DNA of 64,000 nucleotides from Nevskia sp. (GTDB lineage Bacteria; Pseudomonadota; Gammaproteobacteria; Nevskiales; Nevskiaceae): NCBI GenBank assembly GCA_035651715.1, contig DASRFD010000150.1, positions 128,860 to 192,859 of the forward strand, read 5' to 3'. Shown piece by piece: positions 56,963 to 64,000 of this stretch (position 1 is its first letter; each line of letters starts with the position of its first letter). The notes under the pieces were generated by a model. It saw only the letters and a program-made list of their open reading frames with translations, ran no database searches and was not told where the DNA came from. The position numbers and the translations under genes were made by a program.

Positions 56963-58429
56963 CTACGAGCCCTCCGCGACCGGGCCCGCGGGCGCCGTCT
57001 CATCCACTGCCGGCGCCGCCTTCTGCCGCAGCAGCACGCCGCCGGCCAGGGCCGCCGCGGCGGTGAGGCAGGCGCCGATGAGGAAGGCCAGGTGGTAGCC
57101 GCCGTTCAGCGACGCCGCGGCTTCCGCGCCGCCACTGCGCAGGGTCGCGGTGCGCGCGTCGGCCAGGCTCGCCAGCAACGCCAGGCCCAGCGCGCCGCCC
57201 ATCATGAACGAGGTGTTGACCACGCCCGAGGCCAGGCCGGACTCGTCCGGGCCCACGTCGTTCATTGCCGCCAGCAGCACCGGGTTGAAGGCCAGGCCCG
57301 CGCCCAGGCCGAGCAGCAGCATGCCCGGCAGCACGTCGACGAGGAAGGCGCCGTCCAGCGGCGCGCGCGCGAACAGCGCCAGGCCCGCGGTGGCCAGGGC
57401 CAGGCCGATCCACAGCGGGCCGCGGATGCCGTAGCGCATCACCACCCGCGCCGACAGGCCGAGCGAGAACGCCGCCATGATGATGTCCGCCGGCACGAAG
57501 GCCAGGCCCACCTGCAGCGGCGCGTAGTTCAGCACCTTCTGCAGGTACAGCGCCGACAGCACGAACCAGGCGAACATGCCCGCCGCCCAGGCCACGCCCA
57601 CCGCGTTGGCGGTGGCCAGGTTGCGCAGGCGGAACAGGCGCAGCGGCATCAGCGGATCATGCACCCGCGCCTCGATCGCCAGGAACGCGCCGAGCAGCAG
57701 CGCCGCCGCGGCGAACAGCGCCAGGGTCTGCGCCGAAGCCCAGCCGGCGCGGTTGCCGTCCACCACCGCGTACACCGCCAGCATCAGCCCGGCGGTGACG
57801 CTCAGAGCGCCGGCCACGTCGAGCCGCCGGCCATGCGCGGCCCCGGTGTCGCGCGGCAGCATCATCAGCGACAACGCGTACACCGCCACGCCGATCGGCA
57901 GGTTGACCAGGAAGATCCAGTGCCAGTTCAGCGCCCCGGTGAGAAAGCCGCCGAGCAGCGCGCCGAGGCTGCTGCCGGCGGAGCAGACGAAGCCGTAGAT
58001 GCCCATGGCCTTGGCGCGGTCCCCCGCCTCGGGGAACAGGTTCATGATCAGCGCCAGCGCCACCGCCGTGACCACCGCCCCGCCCAGCCCCTGCACCGCG
58101 CGCGCCGTCACCAGCAGCACCGGCGAAGTGGACAGCCCGCAGGCCAGCGAAGCCAGCGTGAACAGCGAAAGCCCCAGCAGGAACAGCCGGCGGTTGCCGT
58201 ACAGGTCCCCCAGCCGCCCGCCCAGCAGCAGGAAGCCGCCGAAGGTCAGCATGTAGGCGTTCAGCACCCATACGAGCGAGGAGCCGGAAAACCCCAGGTC
58301 CGCCTGGATCGAAGGCAGCGCCACGGTGACGATCGTACTGTCCAGCACGATCATCAGCACGCCCAGGCAGAGCACGTAGAGGGCGAGCCAGCGGTTGGTG
58401 AGCTTGGTCGACATTTGCAGGTGTTCCAT
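56963..58429 (-). CDS. MFS transporter, DHA2 (EmrB/QacA-like)
   Basis: 488 aa, 14 TMs, MFS motifs (GRLGDLYGNRR). Confidence 0.85.
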   Translation of the reverse strand: MEHLQMSTKLTNRWLALYVLCLGVLMIVLDSTIVTVALPSIQADLGFSGSSLVWVLNAYMLTFGGFLLLGGRLGDLYGNRRLFLLGLSLFTLASLACGLSTSPVLLVTARAVQGLGGAVVTAVALALIMNLFPEAGDRAKAMGIYGFVCSAGSSLGALLGGFLTGALNWHWIFLVNLPIGVAVYALSLMMLPRDTGAAHGRRLDVAGALSVTAGLMLAVYAVVDGNRAGWASAQTLALFAAAALLLGAFLAIEARVHDPLMPLRLFRLRNLATANAVGVAWAAGMFAWFVLSALYLQKVLNYAPLQVGLAFVPADIIMAAFSLGLSARVVMRYGIRGPLWIGLALATAGLALFARAPLDGAFLVDVLPGMLLLGLGAGLAFNPVLLAAMNDVGPDESGLASGVVNTSFMMGGALGLALLASLADARTATLRSGGAEAAASLNGGYHLAFLIGACLTAAAALAGGVLLRQKAAPAVDETAPAGPVAEGS

Positions 58430-58881
58430 TTTGGTTGATTCGTCGGGCCCGAAAACAAAAACGCCCCGGAAGCGGCTTCCGGGGCGTTCGGGACATCCGC
58501 GGAAGACCGGCAGGACGCCGGCCTTCCTGCTTTCAGGTCAGACCGGCTCCATGCACGCGGCAGACACGCCGCGGGGAGGCGGCATGGTGCGTACGGCGTT
58601 GGGCGACGGAATCAGCACATTCGGTCTCGGGATGCGCGCGCTCGCGCAGTGGACGGGGAATCTACGCCGGTCAGGAAGCGAAGGCAACCGGCCCTGTGAC
58701 GAGCCGTGAGGTGCCCGGGACGAGCCGCCCGGCCGCGGCGGGAGACGGGACGCAGGGCCACAAACTCCGAATGCTCCGCACCTCCGGCGCCTGGCACGCC
58801 GTGTCACCATCCCGCGGCTGGCAACGGCGGACCGGCCGCGGCACTCACGGACCCATGCCCTGCCGCCGCCCGGAGCCGAAC

Positions 58882-59325
58882 ATGACCGAAACGCCTTCCA
58901 CCGCCGCCGTCACCGCCATGACCCCGCCGCACCTGCGCGTGGCCCGGCCGGTGCGCGACCTGCGGCGCGCGCTGGCGATGTACCGCGACGGCCTCGGCCT
59001 GAGCCTGCTCGGACACTTCGAGGATCACGCGGGTTTCGACGGCGTCATGCTCGGCTGGCCCGGCGCCGCGTACCACCTGGAACTCACCGTGTGCCGGGCG
59101 CACCCGGTGCCGCCCTCGCCCGGCCCGGAAGACCTGCTGGTCTTCTACTTTCCCGACCAGGCCGCCTGGAGCGCCGCCTGCGAGCGGCTCTCCCGCGCCG
59201 GATTCACCCGGGTGCCGTCGCTGAATCCCTACTGGGACCAGCGCGGGCGCACCTACCAGGATGCCGACGGCTACCGCACCGTGCTCGAGAACGCCGCCTG
59301 GCCCGGCGCGGCGGCGGACGCCTGA
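58882..59325 (+). CDS. VOC (glyoxalase/bleomycin-resistance/dioxygenase) family protein
   Basis: Internal ATG with GGAG SD. 147 aa. VOC beta-alpha-beta-beta-beta pattern (HLRVARPVRDLRRALAMYRDGLGL). Confidence 0.7.
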   Translation: MTETPSTAAVTAMTPPHLRVARPVRDLRRALAMYRDGLGLSLLGHFEDHAGFDGVMLGWPGAAYHLELTVCRAHPVPPSPGPEDLLVFYFPDQAAWSAACERLSRAGFTRVPSLNPYWDQRGRTYQDADGYRTVLENAAWPGAAADA

Positions 59326-59348
59326 GCCGGGCTGCGGCATCGAACCCG

Positions 59349-59807
59349 ATGATCACCATCGAACCGGGCGAGGCCCCCGAGCTCACCGCGCTGCTGGCGC
59401 AGCGCCTCTACGAGCACAACGCCGCCGCCACCGGGTACCACGACGGCGAATCCTTTTCCGCGGCCCGGCGCGGCGATGACGGCGCCGTCGCAGCCGGCGT
59501 CAGCGGCCACACCTGGGGCGGCTGCTGCTATGTCGCGCAGCTGTGGGTTTCCGCGGCGCTGCGCGGGCAGGGCATCGGCACCCGGCTTCTCGAAGCGGTG
59601 GAGCGCTACGCCCTCGGCAAGGGCTGCCGCCTGGTGCTGCTCGCGTCCCACAGCTTCCAGGCGCCCGGCTTCTACGCCCGCCGCGGCTACAGCAAGGTGG
59701 CGGAAATCGAAAACCACCCGGTCGGCCACAGCGACATCTTCTACTCCAAGCTCCTGAGTGCTGTGCCCTCCGCCACCGGGGGCATCGCCACCCCGCCCAT
59801 GCCGTAG
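59349..59807 (+). CDS. GNAT-family N-acetyltransferase
   Basis: 152 aa. Acetyl-CoA motif A LRGQGIGTRLLEAVERYALGKGC. Confidence 0.8.
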   Translation: MITIEPGEAPELTALLAQRLYEHNAAATGYHDGESFSAARRGDDGAVAAGVSGHTWGGCCYVAQLWVSAALRGQGIGTRLLEAVERYALGKGCRLVLLASHSFQAPGFYARRGYSKVAEIENHPVGHSDIFYSKLLSAVPSATGGIATPPMP

Positions 59808-59833
59808 CGGCGCGCACGCTTGCCCTTACACCC

Positions 59834-61270
59834 TCAGCGCGCTCCCCGCTCCGGGCCTTTCACCGCCGCCGCCGCAGGCTCCTCCCAGGGATGCTCCCGC
59901 GTCAGCAGCACATTGAGCAGGTTGTCCTGGAAGTTGATGTTGCCGGTGAGGCGCTCGTGGTTCTCGCACAGGAAGAACGACCACGCCAGCGGGAAGAACA
60001 GCGCGTCCGAGCGCGGCGCCACCGGGTTGAGCGACTGGCGCGCCAGCAGCGAGGGCTTGGTCACCTCGCCATCGCCCGGCTCCAGCATCAGGCGCGCGTA
60101 ATCGACGCCGGGCGCCTTGTGCTGCACTTCCTGCGGGAACAGCCGCGCCCGCGTCTCCGCGCCGTCCGGCTCGATCACCGCACGCGCCGGCGTCAGCACG
60201 CAGTCGCCGCCGAACACCACCAGCTTCACCGGCGACACCGGCTCCTCGAACGTGATCGACCAGATGAAGCGGCGCGCCCGCTCCAGCGTGCGCACGAAAT
60301 AGGCCTGCAGGGTGGCGATGTACGCATCCGCCTGCGCCGGGTCCTTGTAGCCCTTGCGGATGCGCTGCTGCACCGCCGGGTTGTACACCGACCACTGGAA
60401 GCGCTGCCAGGTGGCGGGATCGAACAGGTCCAGGTCCAGGTCCTTGCCCTCCGGGCTCACCGACCAGTCGGTGAGCGGATGCGGCAGCAGCTCGTAGACG
60501 CTGGGCATCGTCGCCAGCACCTCCGGCGGCACCCGGCTGAACGCCACCTCGTCGCCCAGCACCATGCCGTGCAGCGAGCGCATCGAGCCCAGGTTCGGCG
60601 TGCCCAGCAGCACCACCGTGCCCACCTTCGACGCGCCGCTCATGTTGATGGGGAAGTCCCCCTCGCCCTCCAGCGCGTCCACCGTGCCGTAGCGCAGGTA
60701 ATAGCGCGTCACCAGCCCGCCCATGCTGTGGGCGATGATGTTCACCTTCAGGTGCGGATCGCCGTAGTCGCGCCGGATATCCTGGATCAGCGTATCCAGC
60801 TGCCGCGCCGTGCGCACGTTGTCCTGCCGCCAGTCGTAGGCGAACACGTAGTAGCGCCGCTGCCGCGGGTCCGCCGGAAAGCCCAGCTTGCCGGGAACGA
60901 AGCCGCCGGACTCGCGCAGGGTGCGCAGGATCGCGCCGTAGAAATCGCTGTTGAACGCCTGCTCGAACAGGCCATCCGGCTGTACCCCATCCCGCTGCGG
61001 CTCCAGGGTCTTCGGATCGATCTTCAGCGCCAGGTTTTCCTTGGCGTCGAACAGCAGGTTGAACGAAGAGCCCGGCCAGATCTCCTGGTGATGCCGCTCA
61101 TCCACCAGTCGGGAGCCGAGGATGCCCGGGATCAGGATCACCGGCGGCGTGCGCTCCTGCTCCATGCCGGAGGCATACAGGCGGCCCAGGTCGGGGACGA
61201 CGTCGTGATGGCAGCCCAGGAGCGCCGAGAGCAGCGGCAGGATCAGGCCCAGCGGGAGGAGGCTGCGCAT
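59834..61270 (-). CDS. Lipoprotein lipase/acyltransferase of the LCAT/PGAP1-like alpha/beta-hydrolase type
   Basis: Internal ATG MRSLLPLGLILPLLSALLGC (lipobox). GxSxG nucleophile elbow IIAHSMGG. The long N-terminal extension in the track ORF is non-coding-like. Confidence 0.75.
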   Translation of the reverse strand: MRSLLPLGLILPLLSALLGCHHDVVPDLGRLYASGMEQERTPPVILIPGILGSRLVDERHHQEIWPGSSFNLLFDAKENLALKIDPKTLEPQRDGVQPDGLFEQAFNSDFYGAILRTLRESGGFVPGKLGFPADPRQRRYYVFAYDWRQDNVRTARQLDTLIQDIRRDYGDPHLKVNIIAHSMGGLVTRYYLRYGTVDALEGEGDFPINMSGASKVGTVVLLGTPNLGSMRSLHGMVLGDEVAFSRVPPEVLATMPSVYELLPHPLTDWSVSPEGKDLDLDLFDPATWQRFQWSVYNPAVQQRIRKGYKDPAQADAYIATLQAYFVRTLERARRFIWSITFEEPVSPVKLVVFGGDCVLTPARAVIEPDGAETRARLFPQEVQHKAPGVDYARLMLEPGDGEVTKPSLLARQSLNPVAPRSDALFFPLAWSFFLCENHERLTGNINFQDNLLNVLLTREHPWEEPAAAAVKGPERGAR

Positions 61271-61420
61271 CTGGGGCTCGGTGGTAGTGGGGCTACTGCC
61301 GGTGAGCAGGATAACAAATCGCAAACCCTCCTCACCCACCCGTGTCCCTCTGCCTCTCCCACCTATCCCACCATGGTCCCCTCTCCCCGCCAGCAGAGAG
61401 GGGGCCGGCCCCGGAATGCC

Positions 61421-61768
61421 GTAGTCGGCGCGAACCTGATTAGCCTCGCAGCCCACCCCGGCATCGCCCGCACCTCTATCGGCAGTATCTGGGATCAGGT
61501 GCCTGTGCAAAGCCTGATAGAGCCGGGCGTGCCGCGCTCGCCTTCTCCATGCGCTGGCTCGGCCAGAGCCCGGAGCAGGGCGCGTTGCCCATCGTCCATA
61601 CCGCCTCACAGCCGGCTACAGGGCGGCACTTTCTACGGGCCCAATGGCATCGGCCAGTTCCGCGGCAAGCCGCGGCGGGTGGAGCCGAAGGCGATTGCGC
61701 GGGATGAGGAGAGGGGAGGAGGTGACGATAGTTCAATAAGGGTGGGTGCGTATCCATCCCGGGGATAA
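61421..61768 (+). pseudogene. Remnant of an SDR-family oxidoreductase C-terminus, N-terminus deleted and at least one frameshift
   Basis: Frame a: VVGANLISLAAHPGIARTSIGS (SDR HPGxxxT region). Frame b: MRWLGQSPEQGALPIVHTASQPATG. Frame c: TFYGPNGIGQFRGKPRRVEPKAIARDEE. Together they reconstruct a typical RDH-like SDR C-terminus split over three frames. No Rossmann N-terminus upstream. Confidence 0.4.
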
Positions 61769-61966
61769 ATAAACGGGCGCTAGATTATCCGGTGTTTTGA
61801 TTAGAGAGGATGACGCTTGCGTTATCGGGGTGCACCGGCGGCAATCTAAGCAGGCCATGAGTTTCCGTTTGAGCCAGTTGTTTAAACACTCCACATTTGG
61901 CGGATAGCGAGCGATGGCGGGAATCGAAAGCTTGTGGAATTGGTTACATGTGACCAAGGGGGGGAC

Positions 61967-62125
61967 ATGCAAAAGAGCATAAATGAATCGGGCGAGATCA
62001 CCGAGCGCCGGACAGTTCAAGTGCAGAAGCAAACGCCTCAGGCAATTGAGACGGAACTCAAACTAGGAAAAGAACGCCTAGCAAGTGCGATTCGATCGCT
62101 CGATGACCGGACTCCGAATCAATGA
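61967..62125 (+). CDS. Hypothetical small hydrophilic protein (52 aa) in low-GC islet
   Basis: Strong SD AAGGGGGGG 2 nt before ATG. MQKSINESGEITERRTVQVQKQTPQAIETELKLGKERLASAIRSLDDRTPNQ. Coiled/charged, no TM. Local GC about 48% versus 70% genome. Confidence 0.45.
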   Translation: MQKSINESGEITERRTVQVQKQTPQAIETELKLGKERLASAIRSLDDRTPNQ

Positions 62126-62720
62126 GTTCTATGCGCATGACGATCAGGTGGGGCCTTTTTGTCGTGTAGTTGTAAAACCCTCTACGACGGTTGGAGATAA
62201 AACCTACCCAGTAGTTTTCGAAAGTGCGTGGAAGGATCGCAAGACCGGCAAACCTTTAACTCTGTATCCAGAGATGGTTGTCGTTCCTGTGTATCACAAG
62301 ATACGAGTGACGTTCGTCGACGTGCAGAAATGGATAACTAAGCTGCATGAATTATTCAGCGTGTTTCTAAAGGGAGTGCCGCTGGAATGGGACCTCCATC
62401 TGGTGACCGTCAATCTCTTCAAAGAAGAGGTGAGAAATTCTTCACGGTACTTTCATATCCGCCGCAAACTCTTGCTCAAACCATTCCCCAAATATCTCTG
62501 GCGAGCAGTGTTAAGCGCAGGTAAGATTGAAGTGTTTGAATGCCTCGTAGATGCGACGGACATGATGCAATCCGCGCCGTTCATCGATATGTTTTGGTAT
62601 CACAACGACCTAAAGGCCGCTGTGGGTGAAGCACTAACTGACCCATCTATCAGTGATGTTGTAGAGGAAACTTTGACACCGCGCCTAGCAGAGGTACTGA
62701 GGGATCACACTGTTTCCTGA
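62103..62720 (+). CDS. Hypothetical protein (205 aa; alternative GTG start 62085) in low-GC islet, no recognisable domain
   Basis: Overlaps the 3' end of the small ORF in the +1 frame. MTGLRINEFYAHDDQVGPFCRVVVKPSTTVGDKTYPVVFESAWKDRKTGKPLTLYPEMVVVPVYHKIRVTFVDVQKW... Low GC and A/T-rich codon third positions. Confidence 0.6.
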   Translation: MTGLRINEFYAHDDQVGPFCRVVVKPSTTVGDKTYPVVFESAWKDRKTGKPLTLYPEMVVVPVYHKIRVTFVDVQKWITKLHELFSVFLKGVPLEWDLHLVTVNLFKEEVRNSSRYFHIRRKLLLKPFPKYLWRAVLSAGKIEVFECLVDATDMMQSAPFIDMFWYHNDLKAAVGEALTDPSISDVVEETLTPRLAEVLRDHTVS

Positions 62721-62838
62721 CATTCACTCCAGCGGTGACGCGCTCTACCTCAGTTCGCTCTGAAACGATTAATCTGCCAAAGGTCGCTGTTATGCTCGTG
62801 CACATGTCCTCGGCACAAATAGAGTAAATCTATCGGCG

Positions 62839-64000
<1,162 letters not shown>

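Overview
This 64-kb window is a high-GC (~68-70%) proteobacterial chromosomal segment, betaproteobacterium-like. I call about 55 protein genes, one tRNA-Phe, two pseudogenes, several hairpins/terminators and a hairpin-rich tandem repeat. Most of the window is ordinary chromosome, called on motifs I could read directly from the translations.

**Recognisable genes.**
- A secreted sedolisin (S53) peptidase and a DJ-1/PfpI family protein.
- A LysR regulator divergent from a phosphotransferase/acyl-CoA dehydrogenase pair.
- A lipoprotein arylsulfatase with a non-canonical CATSR active-site motif, and an M28-like lipoprotein peptidase.
- Three MFS (DHA2) transporters and an AEC-family permease.
- The mutY-yggX pair next to tRNA-Phe, plus asmA and rimO.
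- A flotillin operon that also carries a small secreted protein and a GlcD-like FAD oxidase.
- egtB-egtD for ergothioneine biosynthesis, a BaiN-like flavoprotein, Cdh, a VOC protein, a GNAT acetyltransferase and an LCAT-like lipase lipoprotein.
- glmS, 5'-truncated at the window edge.

**Observations worth follow-up.**
- A ~1.07-kb low-GC islet sits directly downstream of the glmS stop, the canonical Tn7/defence-island hotspot. It encodes two overlapping ORFs I cannot place and is flanked by a frameshifted SDR gene remnant. This is the best candidate for an undescribed accessory module.
- Three diverged paralogs of a ~40-aa single-transmembrane protein carry the motif YYDHxLGRERIKxRY-WAxxxF. 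None appears in the >=60-aa ORF track.
- A stand-alone B12-binding (AerR/PpaA-like) protein is translationally coupled through a GTGA overlap to a GGDEF diguanylate cyclase. A 1242-aa CheB-CheR-PAS-histidine kinase-receiver hybrid sits next to it.
- A glycan operon runs GH144-like (DUF3131), GH15, an ABCD-type ABC half-transporter, then a CocE/NonD-type hydrolase whose nucleophile Ser reads as Gly. A GH3 beta-glucosidase is divergent from it.
- An intergenic array holds 2.65 tandem copies of a ~201-bp hairpin-rich repeat, with related solo hairpins elsewhere in the window.
- A DUF488 gene is interrupted by a single in-frame TAG at a conserved Trp codon.
- A small HTH-like gene is preceded by two 21-bp operator-like direct repeats and followed by a 33-bp near-perfect inverted repeat.

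**Limits.** I found no CRISPR array, rRNA, transposase or integrase. The long Arg/Ala-rich ORFs in the track are shadow frames of real genes and are rejected. Coordinates come from codon arithmetic on the ORF track plus manual reading of the sequence, so expect an error of +/-1-3 nt on features outside the track.
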